DNA of 64,000 nt, from NCBI GenBank assembly GCA_050944015.1, contig JBMNQG010000005.1:432-64431 (forward strand), written 5' to 3'. Origin of the DNA: Oscillospiraceae bacterium. Its GTDB lineage: Bacteria; Bacillota; Clostridia; Oscillospirales; Oscillospiraceae. Positions 57,228 through 64,000 of this stretch are shown here, in pieces (the first letter of the stretch is position 1; the number at the start of each line of letters is the position of its first letter). The notes beneath the pieces were generated by a model. The model searched no databases, was not told where the DNA came from, and was given only the letters and a program-made list of their open reading frames with translations. The translations under genes and the position numbers were made by a program.

Positions 57228-58352
57228 ATGGATGATTTACAAAAGAGAAGCTGGGCTGAAATCAGTCTGAAAAGCATCGAGCACAATTACAGGAACATAA
57301 GGAGCCTGCTGCCGCCATGCTGCCGCTTCATGGGGGTCGTTAAGGCCAACGCGTACGGCCACGGGGCAGTGGAGGTATCAAGGCTGCTGGAAAAGCTGGG
57401 CTGCGAATACCTTGGAGTGGCCACTTTCGACGAGGCGAGGGAGCTCAGGGACGCCGGAATCGGGCTGCCCATATTGATATTGGGGCACACTCCTCCGAAT
57501 CTTGCTCCGGAGATGGCTCGTCTGGACATTACACAGGCGGTGGCAAACCTTGGGGTTGCCCGGGAAATGGCAGGTATTCTTGAGGGCAAAAGGCTAAAAA
57601 TACATATTAAGCTTGAAACGGGAATGGGCCGCATCGGCTTTTCCCATGCATCTCCTAGAACCATGGAGGAAATTTTGGAGTTGCTGGCTCTCCCCTGTTT
57701 TGATGCAGAGGGCATTTTCACCCATTTTGCAGTATCCGACGTATACGGGGACAGTTTCACCCAGGAACAGTTCAGAAGGTTTAAGGAGACAGTGAGTAAG
57801 CTGGAAGAAGCCTCCGGCCACACTTTTGCAATTAAGCATTGCGCCAACAGCGGAGCTGTGATAAACTATCCGGAGACGTATCTCGACATGGTTCGCCCGG
57901 GCCTGGCACTTTACGGTATGTACCCTGGGAATGAAAAGGGCTCTTTGGACCTTCGCCCGGCCATGTCTCTAAAAACCAGGGTGGCGGCAGTTTATGAGCA
58001 GGCCCCCGGCGACACCATCAGCTACGGCAGGACCTTTACCGTGGAAAAGGACATGCGCGTGGCGGTTTTGCCCATCGGGTACGCCGATGGGCTCCACCGC
58101 ATCGCCTCAAACAAGATTGACGTGCTGATTCATGGAAAGAGGGCCCGTCAGCTGGGCCGAATATGCATGGACATGTGCATGGTGGACGTAACCGACATAC
58201 CGGATTGCCGCCCGGGAGATGTTGCAATCATATTCGGCAGTGACGGGGATGCTTACCTCCCCGTTGAAGAGCTGGCGGAAAAATGTGGCACTATTAATTA
58301 CGAAATCGTATGTTCGCCATCTCGTAGAATTCCCCGAATTTATGTTGATTAA
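57228..58352 (+). CDS. alr: Alanine racemase
   Basis: 374 aa. PLP lysine motif GVVKANAYGHG. Confidence 0.95.
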   Translation: MDDLQKRSWAEISLKSIEHNYRNIRSLLPPCCRFMGVVKANAYGHGAVEVSRLLEKLGCEYLGVATFDEARELRDAGIGLPILILGHTPPNLAPEMARLDITQAVANLGVAREMAGILEGKRLKIHIKLETGMGRIGFSHASPRTMEEILELLALPCFDAEGIFTHFAVSDVYGDSFTQEQFRRFKETVSKLEEASGHTFAIKHCANSGAVINYPETYLDMVRPGLALYGMYPGNEKGSLDLRPAMSLKTRVAAVYEQAPGDTISYGRTFTVEKDMRVAVLPIGYADGLHRIASNKIDVLIHGKRARQLGRICMDMCMVDVTDIPDCRPGDVAIIFGSDGDAYLPVEELAEKCGTINYEIVCSPSRRIPRIYVD

Positions 58353-58486
58353 CCATGTATAAATTCGCCTCCGATGTGAGAGAATTATATTAGCCCTAGA
58401 GCTTTCCTGTGGAGAGCTCGAGCACTCTGCAAGAAGGCCATACATAGTATGTATAGGGCAATATCCTTCATCGGAGCGTGAAGTGC

Positions 58487-58831
58487 ATGGTAGTAAAGAG
58501 GGGAGACATCTACTATGCCGACTTGAGCCCCGTTGTTGGCAGCGAGCAGGGCGGCTTGCGCCCGGTGCTGATTGTCCAAAACGATACCGGAAATAAGCAT
58601 AGCCCAACTGTTATAGCTGCGGCCATAACATCTCAGATCGGCAAGGCACGGCTACCAACCCATATTGAGCTCTCTGCTAAGAAATATGGTCTCAGTCGGG
58701 ATAGTGTGATACTTCTTGAACAAATCCGTACTATCGATAAATCCCGTCTTAGAGAGCGCATGGGAAAGCTAGACGATGAACTCATGAGCAAGGTTAACAA
58801 CGCCATAGCTGTGAGCTTCGGCTTAGAATGA
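58487..58831 (+). CDS. mazF: MazF/EndoA (PemK-family) mRNA interferase toxin
   Basis: [50 protein letters not shown]...LPTHIEL...[17 protein letters not shown] is nearly collinear with B. subtilis NdoA/EndoA as I recall it. Confidence 0.9.
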   Translation: MVVKRGDIYYADLSPVVGSEQGGLRPVLIVQNDTGNKHSPTVIAAAITSQIGKARLPTHIELSAKKYGLSRDSVILLEQIRTIDKSRLRERMGKLDDELMSKVNNAIAVSFGLE

Positions 58832-58898
58832 AACAATTTCTACTAAAGCAAGAACCTTTGGCCGGGGAAACCCGGCCAAAGGGGAACCGGAGGTACAT

Positions 58899-59393
58899 AT
58901 GATGAAGAAAAAGAAGACGGTTTTAATTTTATCCATTGCCCTTGCGTTGATTATAGCCGCCGGGCTCGGTGCCTACGCTGCTTCTAATTACGGGACGTCC
59001 GACGACCCGCTCATCACCCTCAGCTATTTGAACAATAAGTTGACTCCGGAACTCATGAAGCAGTTTGACCAAAAGCTGGACGGCGCCGTCTCCGAACTGG
59101 AAGCGCTGCTAGGCTTCGGTTCCACCGCTGATACCTATAAGCTCGTCACCCTGAACAAAGGCCAGGTGATTAAGGGCAGCGTAGGATGCGAAATACTGCT
59201 GCGGATAGGTTCGGCCAAGGTATCCGCCGCGAGCACTCCCGGCCTTGTTGACCTTACCAGCGGCGGCACCCTGAACAATGGCTCCGCCCTGACCTCCAAC
59301 CACCTGTATCTTGTTACCATAGAAGGCCACGGCATCACCGCCGCGGAATCCTCAACCAAGGTTTTGGTGCGGGGAAGCTACGTCATATCTTAG
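58899..59393 (+). CDS. Hypothetical membrane-anchored/secreted protein
   Basis: 164 aa. N-terminal KKKKTVLILSIALALIIAAGLGAYA anchor. A strong terminator follows. Confidence 0.55.
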   Translation: MMKKKKTVLILSIALALIIAAGLGAYAASNYGTSDDPLITLSYLNNKLTPELMKQFDQKLDGAVSELEALLGFGSTADTYKLVTLNKGQVIKGSVGCEILLRIGSAKVSAASTPGLVDLTSGGTLNNGSALTSNHLYLVTIEGHGITAAESSTKVLVRGSYVIS

Positions 59394-59412
59394 TGTTTGT
59401 ACATATAAAAAG

Positions 59413-59447
59413 TCCCCTGCTCATAGGATTGAGCAGGGGATTTTTTT
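59413..59447 (+). terminator. Rho-independent terminator
   Basis: 11-bp stem TCCCCTGCTCA / TGAGCAGGGGA followed by T7. Confidence 0.9.
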
Positions 59448-59529
59448 CTTCGCGGGATAATAAAGGCTCGTTGCCGCGCCAAAAATTTAACGGCAGCTGG
59501 GCAAAAAAATATTGCAAGGATGATGTGGT

Positions 59530-60048
59530 ATGGAAAATCTTATCGGTACATATCCCATTATAATTGACGGAAACACCGTTGGCAGCGTCGATGTCAGCCA
59601 AAAGGGCCTTTACACCGTCTTCGAGGCCTCCTGTCCCGACACGGGCGAGCTTTTGCGGCTGTGGGTTTTCGGCAGCGACGGCGAAGCCTATCTGGGCGTT
59701 ATGGCGCCCCAGGGCGGCGCCCTCCGTCTGGTCCGGCGCTTCAGCCGGGCGGCGCTTAAAGATTTCCCCAAAAACATTACCCACGCGGGGCCGAAAAAAG
59801 AGACTCAGGCAGCACCCTCTCCCCTTCCGGCCCAATCGGAGCAGCGGGACAAGAGCGACGACGAGGAACAGGACACCATATGGCACCGGGCGTCAAACGG
59901 CACTTTAATCTCCACTTCAAACGGCAGAAAACTCCTGGCGGTTCCCGTGGTCACGCCGGGCCTTCCCATTTCCAGCGCAAGGGAGAGGCGTACTATTGAG
60001 GGGACAGAATACCTTATTTTTGAAATTAAGGGCGGCAGAATTATTTAA
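59530..60048 (+). CDS. Hypothetical protein
   Basis: 172-aa ORF with coding-like composition. The 167-aa antisense ORF (59383..59886) is judged a shadow ORF. Confidence 0.5.
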   Translation: MENLIGTYPIIIDGNTVGSVDVSQKGLYTVFEASCPDTGELLRLWVFGSDGEAYLGVMAPQGGALRLVRRFSRAALKDFPKNITHAGPKKETQAAPSPLPAQSEQRDKSDDEEQDTIWHRASNGTLISTSNGRKLLAVPVVTPGLPISSARERRTIEGTEYLIFEIKGGRII

Positions 60049-60091
60049 AACAAAAAGGCAAAGCACACACCTAGTTATTACCAATAATATT

Positions 60092-60137
60092 CCTCCTTGT
60101 GAGAGAAATAATAGATTTGTAAATACTCACAAGGAGG
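60092..60137 (+). promoter_or_regulatory. 12-bp perfect hairpin that sequesters the RBS of the first coat-protein-like gene
   Basis: CCTCCTTGTGAG (60092-60103) pairs with CTCACAAGGAGG (60126-60137), with a 22-nt AT-rich loop. AGGAGG at 60132-60137 is the RBS for the ATG at 60145. Confidence 0.6.
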
Positions 60138-60144
60138 TTATATC

Positions 60145-60330
60145 ATGGCAAACTTAACGTCAAAAGAACTGTCCGCCTTAGAGGATCAGATTTCGCATGA
60201 GATGACTATCGCCAAGAAATATGAAGCTATGGCCTGTCTTTGCAACGATCCGAAAATACAGCAGGATATTACAAACATTGCAAATAAGCACCGGGCTCAC
60301 TACAACACCCTGGTGACCTTTTTGCAGTAG
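60145..60330 (+). CDS. Small spore-coat-associated protein (partner of the CotF-like gene)
   Basis: 61 aa, helical. The gene pair arrangement is common upstream of Coat_F-domain genes in spore formers, as I recall. Confidence 0.5.
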   Translation: MANLTSKELSALEDQISHEMTIAKKYEAMACLCNDPKIQQDITNIANKHRAHYNTLVTFLQ

Positions 60331-60342
60331 GAGGTCATGAAT

Positions 60343-60621
60343 ATGGCAAATCCCAATCAATGCGCTCAAATCCTGAGTGAAAAGGAAATTCTTCAGGACT
60401 GCCTTATCAGCCAAAAGCAGCTGACCGACAGCTACAACACCTATGCAGGCGAATGCGTTAACGAACAGCTTCGCGGGGCTTTTCTAAATATTCTGGACGA
60501 CGAACACCGCATACAGGCCGACATCTTCTGCAATCTTCAGTCCAACGGCTGGTATCAGGTTGAACCTGCGGATCAGCAGAAAATTCAGAAGGCCAGGCAA
60601 AAGTTTTCCACACAGCCGTAA
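60343..60621 (+). CDS. Spore coat protein F (Coat_F domain) family
   Basis: ...ILSEKEILQDCLISQKQLTDSYNTYAGECVNEQLRGAFLNILDDEHRIQADIF... The ATG at 60343 lies 8 nt after AGGAGG. The track start at 60337 is only 2 nt after it. Confidence 0.7.
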   Translation: MANPNQCAQILSEKEILQDCLISQKQLTDSYNTYAGECVNEQLRGAFLNILDDEHRIQADIFCNLQSNGWYQVEPADQQKIQKARQKFSTQP

Positions 60622-60629
60622 AAGCAAAA

Positions 60630-60666
60630 ACAAGGACACAGGCGAAAAGCCTATGTCCTTGTTTTT
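60630..60666. terminator. Bidirectional terminator between the cotF-like and MFS genes
   Basis: ACAAGGACA...TGTCCTTGT stem with inner GC pairs. An A-run precedes it and a T-run follows. Confidence 0.8.
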
Positions 60667-60676
60667 GTATTTATTG

Positions 60677-61957
60677 CTACTCCGCTTTCTCTTGGGCTTC
60701 AAGCAGGGCCATGTCCCTGGGAATGCGCTTTTTCTTGGCCACATCGTACAGGGGGAGCATTACTAAAGGCACTATGCAGCCCGCCGCAGCAATAATGAAG
60801 GACGAGGTGTAATCGCCGGTGACGGCTCCATCGGCATTTATAATCGTGGACAGCCTGGTGAAGACCAGGGACGAAGTGCCCAGGAACATAAACGCCATAC
60901 CGTAGTTGGTTCCGGAATACTTGGTGCCGAAGGAGTCGGTGCTCATGGCGGGGAAAATTCCCGCGGGGCCGGAATATCCGGCCACGATGAGCAGGACTAC
61001 CACCGTATAAAGCCAGCCTTTTGCAAAAATCATGAGCAGGGCTGAAATGGCAGTCAGCAGGGAAAGAATCCATATGGTCTTTGCTCGGCCAATTTTATCC
61101 GAGGCGGTGGAAGATATTAGCCTGGAGGCTGCGCTGGCAATGCCCGTAAGGGAAACTGTCAGGGTAGCCTGCGTCTCGGAAATACCCCGGGCAATGGCGA
61201 GGGTTTTAACCAGGGGGATGATTATCATGTAAGCGGCAGGCAGGAAGAAAAGGGACAGGGCAAGGCTCCAGAATTCAAGGGTTTTGACCGCTTCCCTCGG
61301 GGTGTACTGCCGCTGGCGGGACTGAGTTTTGGGAAGATTGAGGCTGTCCAGATAGCTTTGGCTGGGGTTTTTTACAAAGAGGCCAGCCACTGCCACAATA
61401 ACGCTGAAGGTGCAGGCCAGGGTCCTAAAAGTCATGGGGACGTTGTTGCCTTCAAAGGCGGGCAGCTTTAGCAGCCACTCTATCAGGGGCGCAAATACGA
61501 CTGCCGAAATGCCGAAGGCGCAGACGGAAATACCCGTAGCAAAACCCCGGCGGTGGGGCAGCCACTTCTGTATGCAACTCAGCGCTGCGGAATATGCAAA
61601 GCCCACTCCGGTGCCGGCAACGCCGCCGTATGTAATATAGATCAGCCAGGGGTACGTGGCCCCCAGGAGGGAGGTGGAAAAAAGACCTGCAAAAAAGAGT
61701 ACGGCTCCCATCAAAATAACGACTCGGGGAGACAGACGGTCCTGTATGAATCCACCTATGAGAGAGCCCAATACGTACATAAAAATCATGGATGAGGAAA
61801 TCATTGTAACCGCCGAGGGTTCCCAGCCGTAAAAGTCGATAACGGGCTGCTGGAACACGCTCCAAAGGTAGACTATGCCGATACTCAGCATGACTACCAG
61901 GCACGCAATAATTACCGAAGGCTTAAATTCAGGATTACGGGTTTTCAAATCTTCCAC
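60677..61957 (-). CDS. MFS transporter (oxalate/formate-antiporter-like subfamily)
   Basis: 426 aa, 12 predicted hydrophobic spans. N-terminal pattern ...FKPSVIIACLVVMLSIGIVYLWSVF... Confidence 0.7.
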   Translation of the reverse strand: MEDLKTRNPEFKPSVIIACLVVMLSIGIVYLWSVFQQPVIDFYGWEPSAVTMISSSMIFMYVLGSLIGGFIQDRLSPRVVILMGAVLFFAGLFSTSLLGATYPWLIYITYGGVAGTGVGFAYSAALSCIQKWLPHRRGFATGISVCAFGISAVVFAPLIEWLLKLPAFEGNNVPMTFRTLACTFSVIVAVAGLFVKNPSQSYLDSLNLPKTQSRQRQYTPREAVKTLEFWSLALSLFFLPAAYMIIIPLVKTLAIARGISETQATLTVSLTGIASAASRLISSTASDKIGRAKTIWILSLLTAISALLMIFAKGWLYTVVVLLIVAGYSGPAGIFPAMSTDSFGTKYSGTNYGMAFMFLGTSSLVFTRLSTIINADGAVTGDYTSSFIIAAAGCIVPLVMLPLYDVAKKKRIPRDMALLEAQEKAE

Positions 61958-62111
61958 CTCATGTCTTTGACTTAAATAATTATATATACTTTGTAATTAT
62001 ATAAAAAATCTACTTCAAATGCAAATAGCAAAATATTTGATGTTCTTCCGGCAGCTGTGTTACAATATGTACAAAATGGCAAAAACTTCTGAAACAAAGG
62101 AGCTATCCTAT

Positions 62112-63416
62112 ATGTTGATGAGCGAGCTTATAGCAAAAAAGCGCGACGGCGGAGAGCTTAGCAGGGATGAAATCCGTTTCATCATTGAGGGCTACACAAA
62201 GGGGGAAATCCCCGACTATCAGGTATCCGCCTTTCTTATGGCCGTATATTTCCAGGGGATGAACGCTAGGGAAACCCTGGACCTCACCATGGCCATGGTG
62301 GAAAGCGGCGAGGTGCTGGACCTCAGCTCCGTTTCCGGCATAAAGGCGGACAAGCACTCGACAGGAGGCGTGGGAGACAAGGCCTCTCTCGTCCTCTGTC
62401 CCATGGTGGCCGCACTAGGCGTAAAAATGGCCAAAATGTCCGGAAGGGGCCTTGGGCACACCGGCGGCACAATAGACAAGCTGGAGAGCTTCCCCGGATT
62501 CACCTGCGCCCTAAGCCTTGAACACTTCCTTGAAAGCGTAGACAGGGTGGGCTTCGCCATCGCCGAACAAACCGCCAACCTGGACCCCGCCGACAAGAAA
62601 CTATACGCCCTCCGGGACGTCACCGGAACCGTAGCCGCGCCGAGCCTTATCGTCAGCAGCATCATGTCCAAAAAACTGGCCGCGGGAGCCGACGTGATAG
62701 TGCTGGATGTGAAGACCGGCAGGGGCAGCTTCCAGAAGAGCGACGAGGACGCTTTTGCCCTCGCCCGGGCCATGGTGGATGTCGGCCGCATGGCAGGCAA
62801 AAAGGCCGTGGCGGTGGTGACGGACATGGAAGAGCCGCTGGGCCACGCCGTGGGCAACGCCCTGGAGGTAAGGGAGGCCATCTCCGCCCTCAAAGGCGAA
62901 TACAAGGGCGAGCTTATGGAGCTTTGCCTGACCCTGGGCTCCTGCATTCTTACCGAAGCCGGCGTGGCCGCCGGCATGGACGAGGCGAGAAAAATGCTGG
63001 AGAGGACCATTTCCGACGGTTCGGCGTTATGTAAACTTGCAGAATTTGTCCGAGCCCAGGGCGGGGATGACAGGGCGGTCTACGACGACAGCCTTCTGCC
63101 CAGTGCTCCTGTTGTGATGGACGTTCCCTCCCCTTCCGCGGGATATGTGAGCTCCATTGCCGCCGAAGCCGTGGGGCTTTTGAACGTGCGCCTGGGCGGC
63201 GGCCGCGTCACCAAGGAGAGCAAAATCGACCTTTCCGTAGGCCTGGTTCTCAGGAAAAAGGTGGGCGACTGGGTGGAAAAGGGCGAGAGCCTGGCCACTA
63301 TTCACGCCTCAGGCCAAAAGTCCGGGGAGGAGGCCGCAAGGCTTCTGGCGGACTGTTACGGCTTTTCAAAGGAAAAGCCTGAGAAAAAGCCCTTTATTAG
63401 AGGTATCGTAAGGTAA
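62112..63416 (+). CDS. pdp: Pyrimidine-nucleoside (thymidine) phosphorylase
   Basis: ATG at 62112, 9 nt after AAGGAG. MLMSELIAKKRDGGELSRDEIRFIIEGYTKGEIPDYQVSAFLMAVYFQGM...DKHSTGGVGDK... Confidence 0.9.
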   Translation: MLMSELIAKKRDGGELSRDEIRFIIEGYTKGEIPDYQVSAFLMAVYFQGMNARETLDLTMAMVESGEVLDLSSVSGIKADKHSTGGVGDKASLVLCPMVAALGVKMAKMSGRGLGHTGGTIDKLESFPGFTCALSLEHFLESVDRVGFAIAEQTANLDPADKKLYALRDVTGTVAAPSLIVSSIMSKKLAAGADVIVLDVKTGRGSFQKSDEDAFALARAMVDVGRMAGKKAVAVVTDMEEPLGHAVGNALEVREAISALKGEYKGELMELCLTLGSCILTEAGVAAGMDEARKMLERTISDGSALCKLAEFVRAQGGDDRAVYDDSLLPSAPVVMDVPSPSAGYVSSIAAEAVGLLNVRLGGGRVTKESKIDLSVGLVLRKKVGDWVEKGESLATIHASGQKSGEEAARLLADCYGFSKEKPEKKPFIRGIVR

Positions 63417-63476
63417 TTAGACATTATTGCCGGAAATTGCGCTTGCGGCTCATGAAATACTTGGCAAAAACGTCAC

Positions 63477-63505
63477 TTGACGTCTATTAAACCTCACTGT
63501 ATAAT
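63477..63505 (+). promoter_or_regulatory. Near-consensus sigma-A promoter (TTGACG-17 nt-TATAAT) driving the second T-box leader
   Basis: -35 at 63477-63482 and -10 at 63500-63505. Confidence 0.7.
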
Positions 63506-63549
63506 GAAAAAAATTTATTTTATGCATCACAATTTAAACCATAAAAGCA

Positions 63550-63835
63550 TAAAAGCGATGACAAGGAAGAAGTAGCCCCGGACCGGGCCGACAGAGAACT
63601 GCCGGTTGGTGCAAGGCAGCAGGGTTCCACTGGGGTGAATACATCCTTAGAGCTTCACACCGAAAGGTGCCTTGCACTCAGTAGACTGTGACGGACGCAC
63701 CCGTTATAGTGCCGGAGTTTAGACCGGGCTTTCCCGGCAGAACTTCCCGAGGCAGCCGGGCGCGAGCCTGCTGTAAACCATAGGTGGTACCGCGAAGCAA
63801 TTCGCCCTTTGGAGACAAAGGGCGATTTTTTATTA
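63550..63835 (+). promoter_or_regulatory. T-box leader with apparent Tyr (UAC) specifier and intrinsic terminator
   Basis: GA motif ATGA (63558-63561), S-turn AGTA, AG bulge CAGAGAA and distal loop GGTGCAA. GAA-TAC-A with TAC at 63640-63642. T-box AGGTGGTACCGCG (63783-63795). Terminator TCGCCCTTTGGAGACAAAGGGCGA plus T6 (63802-63831). Confidence 0.8.
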
Positions 63836-63866
63836 CATTTTTCAGATACATATGGAGGGAACAATC

Positions 63867-64000
63867 ATGCCCATTACCGCATTTCTCGAAAAAAACGCCA
63901 TGCTGTACGGGGACGAAACCGCGCTTGTTGAGATTAACCCCGACAGCGACAAAAAGCGCAGCGACGATTGGAGGGAATTCGCCCTTGTAGAAGTCGACGC
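63867..64000 (+). CDS. 5' part of an ORF resembling adenylate-forming (AMP-binding, acyl-CoA-ligase-like) enzymes; truncated by the window end
   Basis: GGAGGG RBS 7 nt before the ATG at 63867. MPITAFLEKNAMLYGDETALVEINPDSDKKRSDDWREFALVEVD resembles N-termini of class I adenylate-forming enzymes. Only 44 codons are visible. Confidence 0.4.
   Translation, partial: MPITAFLEKNAMLYGDETALVEINPDSDKKRSDDWREFALVEVD

Noticed and set aside
58355-58393. The 12-codon ORF MYKFASDVRELY as a mini-antitoxin for MazF
   Set aside because: It is far shorter than any MazE/EndoAI-type antitoxin. It has no DNA-binding fold signature and no obvious RBS.
60079-60105. The left hairpin arm read on the minus strand (CTCACAAGGAGGAA) as the RBS of a divergent minus-strand gene
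   Set aside because: The only downstream minus-strand frame starts at a TTG and runs antisense through the 3' end of the 59530..60048 gene. Its translation is not protein-like.

Overview
This 64-kb chromosomal segment looks like a moderately GC-rich, spore-forming Firmicute, probably Clostridia-like. Supporting signs are CotF-type coat genes, ger operon remnants, an SLH wall protein and T-box leaders. All product calls come from reading motifs in the supplied translations; no searches were run.

Layout, left to right:
- 119-7846 (minus strand): a full type I-C CRISPR-Cas gene set, cas3-cas5-cas8c-cas7-cas4-cas1-cas2. cas7 is broken by a 1-nt frameshift, and no CRISPR array lies inside the window.
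- 8184-16089: a tightly coupled minus-strand operon (UroD-like enzyme, TRAP DctQ/M/P, amidohydrolase_2) next to two overlapping PucR-type regulator genes.
- 16264-18219: a decayed patch with a lone holin-like gene and fragments of a gerA-type germinant receptor operon.
- 18410-38043: a P-type ATPase, an ECF S-component plus a DUF4330-like gene, and a 2-enoate-reductase-like flavoenzyme. Then a TetR / MMPL / heptad-repeat secreted protein module, a roughly 990-aa SLH-anchored NlpC/P60-like wall protein, an esterase, a MATE pump and a pair of ABC exporters.
- 38251-46965: housekeeping genes upp, tsaB, tsaE, an FtsW/RodA-family gene, and a pyrC-K-D-F-E-B-I operon.
- 47144-50155: a hypothetical gene preceded by a 39-bp phased palindrome, an unlisted N/Q-rich 52-codon sORF, and an AT-rich remnant islet. 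The islet holds an XRE repressor and a tyrosine integrase that has lost its start codon frame, and it abuts tRNA-Gln(CUG).
- 50340-64000: ireB, T-box-controlled pheST, nnr, a ydcC-like lipoprotein, alr and an intact mazF with no antitoxin gene in the usual slot. Then two hypothetical genes, cotF-like genes behind an RBS-sequestering hairpin, an MFS transporter and pdp. The window ends with a second T-box (apparent Tyr specifier) in front of a truncated adenylate-forming-enzyme-like ORF.

Most long ORFs antisense to these genes are GC-driven shadow ORFs. I found no clearly novel multi-gene system. The best candidates for follow-up are the antitoxin-less mazF, the frameshifted cas7, the Tyr T-box on a non-canonical gene, the PucR/TRAP/decarboxylase-like operon, and the phased palindrome plus N/Q-rich sORF at the islet border.
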